DNA of 49,064 nucleotides, from positions 1 through 49,064 of the forward strand of contig JAFGJV010000043.1 in assembly GCA_016928955.1 (NCBI GenBank). Direction: 5' to 3'. Below the pieces are notes generated by a model. It saw only the letters and a program-made list of their open reading frames with translations. It searched no databases and was not told the origin of the DNA. This document shows positions 36,957 through 46,092 of the stretch, piece after piece (position 1 is the stretch's first letter; each line of letters begins with the position of its first letter). The position numbers were made by a program, and so were the translations under genes. Origin of the DNA: Spirochaetales bacterium (lineage in GTDB: Bacteria > Spirochaetota > Spirochaetia > Treponematales > UBA12059).

Positions 36957-37758
36957 AGGCGGCGTGTGGGCCGTACGCGGCGCTGAAATTCTCGTTCGAG
37001 AGGGTGAGGATTTTGCCGCCCGCGCCGAGCCGGGCAGCTCCTTGCTGTCGTGCCGGGGCCTGGCTTTGCCGGAGCCGGCCGACCGGTATGCCCTGCCCCC
37101 GTACGCCGGCCGCCCCGAACTGGACGGCATGGCGCTCCTGTACCCGGAAGACGCTCCCGCGCCGAACGGCTGGGAATGGCGGCCGCTACGCGCGGCCGTG
37201 ATGGCCCTGCCGGAAGACGCCTGGCTGCCGGCGGCCCGGGCCATGGCCTTCATGCGCTGGCGGGAAGCCACCAGGTACTGCGGGCGCTGCGGCGGCCGCA
37301 ACCAGGACAAGGCAGACGAACCGGCCCGCGTGTGCTCAGCGTGCGGCGCCTTGAGCTTTCCCAGGATATCGCCCGCCGTGCTGGCCGTGGTGCGCCGGGG
37401 CGACAAACTGCTCCTGGCCCGCAACGCGGCCTCCCGCCTGGGCTTCTGGAGCCTGATAGCCGGCTTTGTGGAACCAGGCGAGCGCTTTGAGGACTGCGTG
37501 CGCCGCGAGGTGCGTGAAGAGGTCGGCGTGGATATACGCGTGGACGGCTACCTGGGTTCCCAGCCCTGGCCCTTCCCCGACCAGCTGATGATTGGCTTCA
37601 AGGCCAGCTGGGCGTCCGGCGAGCTTGCCCCGGACGGCGTGGAGATAGCCGAGGCGGGCTGGTTCGGTCCGGATGACCATCCGCCCCTGCCCAATCCCGG
37701 GAGCCTGTCCCGCAGGCTGATAGACGCCGCCCTGGCCGACATTGCCGCAGGCCGCTGA
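36949..37758 (+). CDS. nudC: NADH pyrophosphatase
   Basis: CGRCG...CSACG zinc finger, FPRISPA, AGFVEPGE...REVREEVG, SQPWPFP. Confidence 0.93.
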   Translation: MAEGGVWAVRGAEILVREGEDFAARAEPGSSLLSCRGLALPEPADRYALPPYAGRPELDGMALLYPEDAPAPNGWEWRPLRAAVMALPEDAWLPAARAMAFMRWREATRYCGRCGGRNQDKADEPARVCSACGALSFPRISPAVLAVVRRGDKLLLARNAASRLGFWSLIAGFVEPGERFEDCVRREVREEVGVDIRVDGYLGSQPWPFPDQLMIGFKASWASGELAPDGVEIAEAGWFGPDDHPPLPNPGSLSRRLIDAALADIAAGR

Positions 37759-37774
37759 GTCAGCCGCGCCGGCC

Positions 37775-38494
37775 TCAGGGCAGATACTCGGCGTTGATGT
37801 GCCTGAGCGACTCCACGATGTTCAGTTTGGCAGCGCGTGAGCCCCGCGTCAAAAGCTCAACGCGCTCCCGTACGCGGTCGCGCTCGGAGTGGTCGTTGTA
37901 GCCGCAGGTGCAGGTGGACGACGCGATGCCCAGGGCTGTCGCCAGCTCCTCGATCTGCCGCTCCTCCACCAGGTACAGGGGCCGTAGCACCCGCAGGGGA
38001 TATTTGCGGTACCTGAGCACGGGCGGCATGGTGGACAGTTCGCCTTTGCGGAGCATGTTCATGAACAAGGTCTCAAGGACGTCATCCAGGTGGTGGCCAA
38101 GGACAACGGCCGTATAGCCGTGGTCCATGGCATAGCGGATCAGCTCAGTGCGCCGCTGGGTACTGCACCAGTAGCAGTTCATGGACCGGCCGGGTTTGAG
38201 TCGCCCTATCACCGGCACGTCCAGCGTGTGGAGCGGCAAGCCCCAGGACCGATACGCGTCCGCCAACCCGGGCGAGAAGGCGTCCGGGGACAGGTCCGTG
38301 CGCACGTGGACTGCCAGGATGTCGGCGTCCAGCCTGCCCTGGGCCTTCTTCATGGCCAGGTCATGGGCCAACACGGCAGAATCCTTGCCGCCGGATGCGC
38401 CCAGGAGTACGCGGTCACCCGGCTGGAACATGTCCCAGGTTTTGACCGCCTTGACGACCAGGCCGTCCACGGCCTGGGCTATGGTTCTCAGCAT
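37775..38494 (-). CDS. ttcA: TtcA-like tRNA 2-thiocytidine synthesis PP-loop ATPase
   Basis: SGGKDS, CYWC...RR, GHHLDD, RPL, C-terminal CTC. Confidence 0.8.
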   Translation of the reverse strand: MLRTIAQAVDGLVVKAVKTWDMFQPGDRVLLGASGGKDSAVLAHDLAMKKAQGRLDADILAVHVRTDLSPDAFSPGLADAYRSWGLPLHTLDVPVIGRLKPGRSMNCYWCSTQRRTELIRYAMDHGYTAVVLGHHLDDVLETLFMNMLRKGELSTMPPVLRYRKYPLRVLRPLYLVEERQIEELATALGIASSTCTCGYNDHSERDRVRERVELLTRGSRAAKLNIVESLRHINAEYLP

Positions 38495-38584
38495 GGCATC
38501 ACGCTACCATACATGGGTGGCCTTGCGCAAAACCGCAGGGGCACCCGCTCCTGCATGGTCGCCCGTAAGAAATGTTTTTTTTGG

Positions 38585-38610
38585 GGAACCGTTTTGCCCG
38601 CCGCAACGAC
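38585..38610 (+). promoter_or_regulatory. ECF-sigma-type promoter
   Basis: GGAACC-N16-CGAC upstream of the operon that encodes an ECF sigma factor. Confidence 0.55.
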
Positions 38611-38631
38611 CTCTTGTCATGGAGGATGAAC

Positions 38632-39171
38632 ATGAACCTTGGTAAACGCATCCTATGGCTGGTCGTTGCCCTCAGCGCGTCCGGCACGGTTTTTGCCCAG
38701 AACACGGCTGCCCCGAATCTTGCCCAGGCCCCAGACGACAGGGCCGCCGACTATGGCCTTGCGGAAGCCCGCAGGGATATCCGCGTGGTCAACCTGGGCC
38801 AGGACGAGGCCGAGCGCATCCTGGAGCGGCTGGCCAAGGACGGGCGGGAACTGGAGCGCGCCCGGGCTGAGATCCGGGAAGCCCAGGCACGCGTGGCCAG
38901 GCTCCTCCTCGACGAAAAACCGGACCTGGGCGCCATCCAGGATACGGTGCGGAAAAGCCTCGAGGCCGAATACCTCATACGAATGGCCCAGATCCGGCGC
39001 AACCTGGACCTGCGTGCCCTGCTTGGCGACCAGCGCTGGGCGGCCCTCTGGCGCCTGTCCAGGGAGTACACGACGCTTGCCCGCTCCGGGGACCTGCGCA
39101 GGCTGGCAGACAAGGCCGACGACGCCGAACGTCTGGCGCCGCTCATCGAGGTGCTGAAAGCCCTGCAGTGA
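38632..39171 (+). CDS. Secreted helical Spy/CpxP/ZraP-like protein
   Basis: Signal peptide ending VFA; coiled coil, LL...PDL.AI, ALLGDQRW; GGAGG RBS. Confidence 0.6.
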   Translation: MNLGKRILWLVVALSASGTVFAQNTAAPNLAQAPDDRAADYGLAEARRDIRVVNLGQDEAERILERLAKDGRELERARAEIREAQARVARLLLDEKPDLGAIQDTVRKSLEAEYLIRMAQIRRNLDLRALLGDQRWAALWRLSREYTTLARSGDLRRLADKADDAERLAPLIEVLKALQ

Positions 39172-39773
39172 GTCCAGTGACCGGTCCTGATTCGGATGCT
39201 GTTCTCGTGGCGGCCTGGCGCGACCGGGGCGACCAGGCTGCCTTTGGCGAGCTTGTGCGCCGCCACGGCCGCCTGATGGCCCGCGTCGCCGTGGTGGCGC
39301 TCGGCAGCTCGGGCAGGCGGGACCCCGGCCTGGTCCAGGACGCCGTCCAGGAGGCGTCCATCAGGCTCCTGTCCGCACTGCGCGGCTACCGGGGTGACGC
39401 TCCGCTGTCCGCCTTCATAGCGTCGCTAGCCCGTAGGGCCGCCCTGGACGAACTGCGCAAGGCTCTGCGGCACAAAAAACGCGCCGAGCTGGCAAGCAGT
39501 CACGCCGACACGGCCCGGCCCAAGCCTGAAGACCCGGCCTCCGGCGCCGAGCGGACGGCGGCCGCCCTTGCCGTCCTGTCACGCCTGGACGCGCTCAAGG
39601 AGCCCGACAGGAGCATCCTGTACCTGCGCGACGCGGAAGACCTGGATATAGCGAGCCTTGCCGCCATGTTCCGGCTGCCGCAGGGAACCGTAAAAAGCAA
39701 ACTGGCTCGGGCCAGGGCGGCGGTACGCGCAGACGTGATCTCAGCCTGGGGAGAAGGAGGGACCCTGTCATGA
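39168..39773 (+). CDS. ECF RNA polymerase sigma factor
   Basis: GDQAAFGELVRRH, QDAVQE, region 4 GTVKSKLARAR. Confidence 0.9.
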   Translation: MSPVTGPDSDAVLVAAWRDRGDQAAFGELVRRHGRLMARVAVVALGSSGRRDPGLVQDAVQEASIRLLSALRGYRGDAPLSAFIASLARRAALDELRKALRHKKRAELASSHADTARPKPEDPASGAERTAAALAVLSRLDALKEPDRSILYLRDAEDLDIASLAAMFRLPQGTVKSKLARARAAVRADVISAWGEGGTLS

Positions 39774-40156
39774 AACCGGACACAACGCCCGCACGGGCAG
39801 TCCCCGATGAACGAGACGAGGTTTTGGGTTCCATATTGGCTGAAGCCGCCGACGTGGCCGCTGGCCGCGCCAGAGCCCGGCTTGAGCCCATCCTGGGCAC
39901 GACAGCCCGGCATGGCCCGCGCGCGCATCGCAGGACGCCGGTCTTGATCGCTGCCGCAGCCGTGCTCGCCGTTGGCCTGGCGCTCGGGCCAGGCCTTGTC
40001 CGGTCGGCGTCCACCGCGAGCGCGCTCCAGGACCTGGCAGCATACATCATACCCGAGCGCTCAACCTGGCTAGCCGACACGCTTGCCGTATCCTCCTGGG
40101 ATGGCGACACGGCCCGCTTTGTCACGGATCTCTGGTCCGAGCCCGGAGCCTACTAG
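39770..40156 (+). CDS. Putative membrane anti-sigma factor
   Basis: Single TM helix; ATGA-coupled to the ECF sigma gene. Confidence 0.5.
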   Translation: MKPDTTPARAVPDERDEVLGSILAEAADVAAGRARARLEPILGTTARHGPRAHRRTPVLIAAAAVLAVGLALGPGLVRSASTASALQDLAAYIIPERSTWLADTLAVSSWDGDTARFVTDLWSEPGAY

Positions 40157-40206
40157 CCATCCCGCCGAACCATTACCGCTCCCCATCCTTCCCCTGAGTG
40201 GCTACA

Positions 40207-40242
40207 GGGAGGCTCTAAAAACTTAAGTTTTTAGAGCCTCCC
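40207..40242. repeat. Palindromic miniature element, copy 4
   Basis: Perfect palindrome GGGAGGCTCTAAAAACTTAAGTTTTTAGAGCCTCCC flanked by TACA/TACA. Confidence 0.92.
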
Positions 40243-40268
40243 TACAGTCAAGCCGACACCTGTTCCGC

Positions 40269-40321
40269 TTGACTGTGGACTTGCGTCGCGCTATTATCAT
40301 CTTGATATCATTATGATATCA
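40269..40321 (+). promoter_or_regulatory. Promoter plus tandem palindromic operator of the SPFH operon
   Basis: TTGACT-N17-TATTAT, then TGATATCA-TTA-TGATATCA (40303-40321). Confidence 0.7.
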
Positions 40322-40392
40322 CATCCGCGCGGACCTGTTTAAAACCCAGTCCCACGCGGCAGGGCGCGCGGCGCCCGAAAGCGAGGATAGAT

Positions 40393-41400
40393 ATGAGCGA
40401 CCATGATAGGGAGAAAGCCCCCCGGCATCTGGACGGCATGACCGTCACCATTCTGAACATCCTGGCCCTGATCGGGGCCACGGTGGTATTCATCATGGGC
40501 ATGTCCGCCATAGAAACCGGCCGGAACTCCGTGGCCTGGATAGCGGCATCCATAGCCGCCGGCCTTTACCTCTTCCTTGTCGGCCCCGTTTTGTTCGGCG
40601 GCCTCAAGGTCATCAAGCCAAATGAAGCACTGGTGTTCACGCTCCTGGGGCGCTACCACGGCTGCCTGAAGGAAGCTGGCTTCTATTTCATCAACCCGCT
40701 TGCCCAGGCGGTGCGCCCCGTCGGCCAACAAGCCCAGCCCTCACAGGGCGCGGATAAAGCCGCCCAGTCTGCGCGAACGTCCACGGGCAGTATCGGGACC
40801 AAGGCGCCGAACAGGGCGCTGTCGCTCAAGGCCATGACCCTGAGCAACGACAAGCAGAAGGTCAACGACGCTCTGGGCAACCCCATCGTGATAGGCATCG
40901 CGGTTGTCTGGAAGGTGGTCAACCCGACCAAGGCCGTGCTGGACGTGGACGATTATCCCGAATTCCTCTCGATCCAGTGCGACGCGGCCCTGCGCAACAT
41001 CGTGCGGCTCTATCCTTACGATTCGAGCGACGAGGAAGAGGAAAAGTCCCTGCGCGGCTCCAGCCAGGAAGTGGCCAAGCGCCTGCGCGACGAAATCCAC
41101 GCCAAGGTGGATGTAGCGGGCATTGAGATTATAGAGGCCAGGATCACGCACCTGTCCTACGCGCCCGAGATAGCGGCGGCCATGCTCCAGCGCCAGCAGG
41201 CGTCGGCCGTCATAGCCGCCAGGCAGAAAATCGTTGAAGGCGCAGTGGGCATGGTAGAGATGGCGCTGGCCAAGCTGAGCGAGAACAATATCGTCGACCT
41301 GGACGAGGAACGGAAGGCGGCCATGGTCAGCAACCTCCTGGTGGTGCTCTGCTCGAACCGCGACACCCAGCCGGTGGTCAACTCCGGTTCCATCTACTGA
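40393..41400 (+). CDS. SPFH/band-7 domain membrane protein
   Basis: Two N-terminal TM helices; [42 protein letters not shown]...VNSGSIY. Confidence 0.9.
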   Translation: MSDHDREKAPRHLDGMTVTILNILALIGATVVFIMGMSAIETGRNSVAWIAASIAAGLYLFLVGPVLFGGLKVIKPNEALVFTLLGRYHGCLKEAGFYFINPLAQAVRPVGQQAQPSQGADKAAQSARTSTGSIGTKAPNRALSLKAMTLSNDKQKVNDALGNPIVIGIAVVWKVVNPTKAVLDVDDYPEFLSIQCDAALRNIVRLYPYDSSDEEEEKSLRGSSQEVAKRLRDEIHAKVDVAGIEIIEARITHLSYAPEIAAAMLQRQQASAVIAARQKIVEGAVGMVEMALAKLSENNIVDLDEERKAAMVSNLLVVLCSNRDTQPVVNSGSIY

Positions 41401-41413
41401 AGGCGGCCAGGGC

Positions 41414-41632
41414 GTGGCTGGCGACGGCGACAAGAAACAGGTTCTCCTCAGGCTGTCGCCCGGTTTGTGGCGGGAGCTGGCCGCGTGGGCGGAAGACGAT
41501 TTTCGTTCCATCAACGGCCAGATAGAATACCTCCTGTCGGAGGCGGTAAAGAAGCGGAAAGCGGGCTCGGGCCCGCGGAACTCGGAAAGGGACGCGCGCC
41601 AGGACCAAAGGTCCGGCGCGGACAGGGAGTGA
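41414..41632 (+). CDS. Arc-like ribbon-helix-helix DNA-binding protein
   Basis: KKQVLLRLSPGLWRELAAWAEDDFRSINGQIEYLL. Confidence 0.8.
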   Translation: MAGDGDKKQVLLRLSPGLWRELAAWAEDDFRSINGQIEYLLSEAVKKRKAGSGPRNSERDARQDQRSGADRE

Positions 41633-41636
41633 ACGC

Positions 41637-42380
41637 ATGATAGAACTCAGTCGGGTATCTAAATCCTACGCCAAAAGCGGCGTCAAGGCCGTGAACGACG
41701 CGGACGTGACGGTCAAAAACGGCGAGATTTTCGGGTTTCTCGGCCCGAACGGGGCCGGCAAGACGACCACCATCAAGCTGATGACCGGCGTGCTCAAGCC
41801 GGACTCGGGCACCGTGTCCATAGACGGCATAGACATGGCCGAGCGGGCCCTGGACGCCAAGCGCCGCTTTGGCTACGTGACCGACAATCCGGAACTCTTC
41901 GCGCGCCTCAAGGCGTCGGAATACCTGAACTTTGTGGCAGACGTGTACGGCGTGGACACGGCGGACCGCAGGGAGCGCGTTGAGCGCTACGCTAGCCTCT
42001 TCGAGATCAAGGACGTGCTCAACGCGTCCATAGGCAGTTACAGCCACGGCATGAAGCAGAAGCTCCTGGTCACGGCCAGCCTGGTCCACGACCCGGACAA
42101 CTGGATACTGGACGAGCCCATGGTCGGCCTGGACCCCCGCTCGTCGTTCAACCTCAAGGAGCTGATGCGGGAGCGGGCCGCCGCCGGCAAGACGGTCTTC
42201 TTCTCCACGCACGTGATGGAAGTCGCCGAGCGCCTCTGCGACCGGCTGTCCATCATAAACAAGGGCGCCATCCTGTTCACGGGCACCCTGGCCGAGCTCA
42301 AGACCAGGGGCGGCTCGGACTCCTCTCTGGAGAAACTGTTCCTTGAGCTGGTGGACGACAAGGAGGAGGCGAAGGCATGA
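41637..42380 (+). CDS. ABC exporter ATP-binding subunit
   Basis: GPNGAGKTT, YSHGMKQK, ILDEP, STH. Confidence 0.95.
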   Translation: MIELSRVSKSYAKSGVKAVNDADVTVKNGEIFGFLGPNGAGKTTTIKLMTGVLKPDSGTVSIDGIDMAERALDAKRRFGYVTDNPELFARLKASEYLNFVADVYGVDTADRRERVERYASLFEIKDVLNASIGSYSHGMKQKLLVTASLVHDPDNWILDEPMVGLDPRSSFNLKELMRERAAAGKTVFFSTHVMEVAERLCDRLSIINKGAILFTGTLAELKTRGGSDSSLEKLFLELVDDKEEAKA

Positions 42381-44062
42381 AGGTATATTTCAGCCTAGCC
42401 GCCTTGTACATCCGGAGCTTCTACAACCTGCCGGGAAAAAGGGCGCCGGGAGCCAAGCTGGACGGCAAGAAAATCGGCAAGCTCGTGGGCATGACCGTGC
42501 TGGTGCTGTTCCTGCTGGCCAACCTGGGCGTCATGTTCGTCGGACTGAACCTGGGGCTGTACGAGTCGCTGGCGTCAGTGGGCATGCAGGGCATGCTCCT
42601 CCTCAACGCCGTGGTCATGGCCACGGTCATGACCCTGATCATCGGCTTCCTCACCTCCCTGTCCACCTACTACCTCAACGACATGGAGCTCCAGCTTCTG
42701 GCCATGCCGATCAAGCCCAGGGCCTTGTTCGCCGCCAAGTTCACGGCCGTATACGTGTCGGAAGCCATCTTCTCGCTCTTCTTCATCCTGTCAGCCATGG
42801 TGATATTCGGGATCAAGGAGCAGCCCCACCCGCTTATGTACCTGTGGGGAACCCTTGCGGCGTTCCTGGTGCCCATTCCCGCCCTGGCCGCGTGCTACTT
42901 CGTGCAGGTGCCCCTTTTGAGCGTGGCCCGCTTCCTCAAAAACCGGCAGACCATACTGCTGGTCGGCGGCGTCCTGGGCCTGGCCATGGGCCTGGGCTTC
43001 AACCTGTACTACCAGACCATGTTCAGCCGCCTGGCCACCGACCCGGCCTGGATAGCCCAGAACATGGCAGGCCCCGAGTCCCTGGTTGCCCAGGCCGGCC
43101 GCGCCTGGCCCCCGGCCTATCTTGCCTGGAAGGCCATGAGCCAGCCCGCCTCGGCCCAGGCAGCGCTGTCCCTGCTGGGCATGGCCGCGTTCTGCCTGTC
43201 CTTCCTGGCGGCCGCGGTTCTGGTATTGTCAGGCGCCTACGCCAAAAGCCTTGTCGGCTTCAACGAGGTCAGGCTGCGCCGCCTGGGCGCCCGGACGGGC
43301 GAGTACCTGGACAGGAACCTGCGCAGGGGCCATGCCTTTGGCACGCTGGTGCTACGGGAGGTGCGCATGATGAACCGCGAGCCCATGTACCTGCTCAACG
43401 GTCCCTTCATTATCGTGCTCATGCCCGTGATCTTTGGCATCATGCTGGCCGCGCAAAAGGACGCGTTCCTATCCGACCCGGACATGGCAGGGCTCCTTGC
43501 CCTGCTCCAGAGCGGCGGCGGAGCGGTGATAGCCGGCCTGGCGGGAGCCTTCCTGGGCTCGGGCACAAGCATCACCTGTACGGCGGTGTCGCGGGACGCA
43601 AAAGCCCTGCCCTACATCAAGAGCCTGCCCATCAAAGCCGGCAGGTATTTCCTGGCCAAGCTGGCGCACGGCCTGATATTCGGCGTCTTCGGGGCCGTGG
43701 CCGGGGTAGGACTCCTCACCTGGGCACTCGGGCTTGGCGCCTCTGACGCCGCCGCCGGACTTGCCATGGCGCTCGGCCTTTCGGCCTTGGTGAACATGGC
43801 GGGCCTCTGGCTGGACACGGCCAATCCGCGCCTCAAGTGGGACAATCCCATGGCGGCGCTCAAGCAGAATCCCAACTCGGTCATCATGATCCTGGGAACC
43901 ATGGGCCTGATCGGCGGCGCGGGCTACCTGGCCTTCAGCCAGGGCCTGTCATCGTGGCAGGCGGCCGCCTGGTTCGGCCTGGTGCCCGGCGTGGCCTTTG
44001 CCGCCTTGCTGGCCGCCTTCCCGGCCTACGCCGAGCGACGCCTGGCGGCCATGGAAGTATGA
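42377..44062 (+). CDS. ABC-2 type permease
   Basis: Many TM helices in two halves, LAMPIK and KSLPI motifs; ATGA-coupled to the ATPase. Confidence 0.85.
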   Translation: MKVYFSLAALYIRSFYNLPGKRAPGAKLDGKKIGKLVGMTVLVLFLLANLGVMFVGLNLGLYESLASVGMQGMLLLNAVVMATVMTLIIGFLTSLSTYYLNDMELQLLAMPIKPRALFAAKFTAVYVSEAIFSLFFILSAMVIFGIKEQPHPLMYLWGTLAAFLVPIPALAACYFVQVPLLSVARFLKNRQTILLVGGVLGLAMGLGFNLYYQTMFSRLATDPAWIAQNMAGPESLVAQAGRAWPPAYLAWKAMSQPASAQAALSLLGMAAFCLSFLAAAVLVLSGAYAKSLVGFNEVRLRRLGARTGEYLDRNLRRGHAFGTLVLREVRMMNREPMYLLNGPFIIVLMPVIFGIMLAAQKDAFLSDPDMAGLLALLQSGGGAVIAGLAGAFLGSGTSITCTAVSRDAKALPYIKSLPIKAGRYFLAKLAHGLIFGVFGAVAGVGLLTWALGLGASDAAAGLAMALGLSALVNMAGLWLDTANPRLKWDNPMAALKQNPNSVIMILGTMGLIGGAGYLAFSQGLSSWQAAAWFGLVPGVAFAALLAAFPAYAERRLAAMEV

Positions 44063-44132
44063 TGTCCTTCTGAACAAACCGGGCCGGGCGGCCCTTGGTC
44101 GTCCGGCCCGTTCCGTTCTATACTACCCGTCT

Positions 44133-45992
44133 ATGCCCTTCCTGCCCACCACCCGCTCGGACATGAAAGCGCGCGGCCTGTCCGAGCTGGACTTTGTCCT
44201 GGTCACGGGCGACGCGTACGTGGACCACTCGTCCTTCGGCGCGGCGCTGATAGCCCGGCTCCTGGAATCCGAGGGCTATTCCACCGGCATCATAGCCAGG
44301 CCGGACCCGCGGGGTCCCGAGGCGTTCCGCGCTTTGGGCAGGCCGCGCCTGGCCTTCCTGATTACCGGCGGGGCGCTGGACTCCATGGTCTGCTCGTACA
44401 CGGCCAACCGCAAGCCCCGCTCGGAGGACGAATACGCGCCCGGGGGCAACCCTAGCCTGTGCAGGTCAGCAGACGGCTCCATCGTCGTCCATGAAGTGAA
44501 CGGCAAGCCAGCCAAGGCCAGGCCGGACCGCACCGTCATCGCGTACGCCGCCCGGTGCAGGGAAGCGTTCAAGGGCGTACCCATAATCTGCGGCGGTCTG
44601 GAAGCGTCGCTCCGCAGGCTGTCCCATTACGATTACCTGTCCGACTCCGTCCGCAAGCCGATCATCCTGGACGCCAAGGCCGACCTGGTGGTGTACGGCA
44701 TGGGCGAGCGCGCCATCCTGGACGCCGCCGGGCGCCTTAAGCGGGCAGCCGTTGAGGGAAGCGACGCCCGGCTGGCCCTGCGCGGCATCCGCGGCACGGT
44801 GTGGCGCTGTTCCAAGGCGGCCGAGGTGCCGGACGGCGCGGTGTTCCTTCCGCCCCACGACCAGGCTGCCGCCGACCGCGTCGTATTCGCCAAAGCCTTT
44901 GCCGAGCAGTACCGCAACACCGACCCAGGCACGGCCGCTGTACTGGCAGAGGAAGCGGCCGGCCAGTACGCGGTCCAGGAACCGCCGGCGCCCCCCTTGA
45001 GCCGTGCGGAGCTGGACAGGCTCTACGCCCTGCCCTTCATGCGCGCCTGGCATCCTGAATACGACACGTCGGGCGGCGTTCCGGCCTTTCAGGAAGTCCG
45101 CTTTTCCCTGACATCCAGCCGGGGCTGTTACGGCGCCTGCTCGTTCTGCGCCCTGGCCTTCCACCAAGGCCGCATCGTGTCGTCGCGATCCAAGGAGTCG
45201 CTCGTAGCGGAAGCCAACATCCTCAAAGCCCAGCCGGGCTTCAAAGGCTACATCCATGACGTGGGCGGGCCCACGGCCAATTTCCGCGGCCCCGCGTGCA
45301 AGCGCCAGAAAGCCGGCTCGGCCTGCGTGGACCGCCGCTGCCTGGTCCCGGAGCCCTGCCCGTCGCTGGAGGTCAGCCACCGCGACTATCTGGACGTGCT
45401 CAGAGCCCTGCGCTCGCTGGCCGGCGTCAAGAAGGTGTTCGTGCGCTCGGGCATACGCTTTGACTATGTCATGGCGGATACGGACGACGCTTTTGTCCGC
45501 GAGCTGGCGGCGCACCATGTGTCGGGCCAGCTCAAAGTGGCTCCGGAGCACGCCTCGGACAGGGTCCTGGCCCTGATGGGCAAGCCGCCCCACCGCGTGT
45601 ACGACGCCTTTGCCCGCCGCTGGGCGGACATCAACCGCGACCTGGGCCTCAAGCAATTTCTGGTGCCGTATTTCATAGCGTCGCACCCAGGCTCCACCCT
45701 AGAAGACGCCATACTCCTGGCCGAGTACTTGCGGGACTCGGGCTTTGTCCCGGACCAGGTGCAGGATTTCTATCCCACCCCCGGCACCCTGGCCACCGCC
45801 ATGTACCACACCGGCCTGGACCCCCTGACCATGCAGCCTGTGTATGTTGCCAAGGGCGCCCATGAACGGGCCCTGCAGCGCGCGCTCATGCAGTTTGACC
45901 GGCCGTACAACAGGGACCTGGTGGTGGAAGCGCTCAAGGCCGCCGGACGCACGGACCTCATAGGCCGAGGCCCCAAATGCCTGGTGCGCTGA
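44133..45992 (+). CDS. ygiQ: YgiQ-family (UPF0313) radical SAM protein
   Basis: MPFLPTT, VTGDAYVDH, RPDR, RGCYGACSFC, DVGGPTAN, SGQLKVAPEH, QVQDFYPTP. Confidence 0.92.
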   Translation: MPFLPTTRSDMKARGLSELDFVLVTGDAYVDHSSFGAALIARLLESEGYSTGIIARPDPRGPEAFRALGRPRLAFLITGGALDSMVCSYTANRKPRSEDEYAPGGNPSLCRSADGSIVVHEVNGKPAKARPDRTVIAYAARCREAFKGVPIICGGLEASLRRLSHYDYLSDSVRKPIILDAKADLVVYGMGERAILDAAGRLKRAAVEGSDARLALRGIRGTVWRCSKAAEVPDGAVFLPPHDQAAADRVVFAKAFAEQYRNTDPGTAAVLAEEAAGQYAVQEPPAPPLSRAELDRLYALPFMRAWHPEYDTSGGVPAFQEVRFSLTSSRGCYGACSFCALAFHQGRIVSSRSKESLVAEANILKAQPGFKGYIHDVGGPTANFRGPACKRQKAGSACVDRRCLVPEPCPSLEVSHRDYLDVLRALRSLAGVKKVFVRSGIRFDYVMADTDDAFVRELAAHHVSGQLKVAPEHASDRVLALMGKPPHRVYDAFARRWADINRDLGLKQFLVPYFIASHPGSTLEDAILLAEYLRDSGFVPDQVQDFYPTPGTLATAMYHTGLDPLTMQPVYVAKGAHERALQRALMQFDRPYNRDLVVEALKAAGRTDLIGRGPKCLVR

Positions 45993-46092
45993 CGGAAACG
46001 GCCCCGGCGCTTCGTAACATTGTCGATCCGGCGGCGTTTGCGATATAGTCATCCACGGCGGCGCTCGCCGCTACCCCGATAGAGGAGCATTC

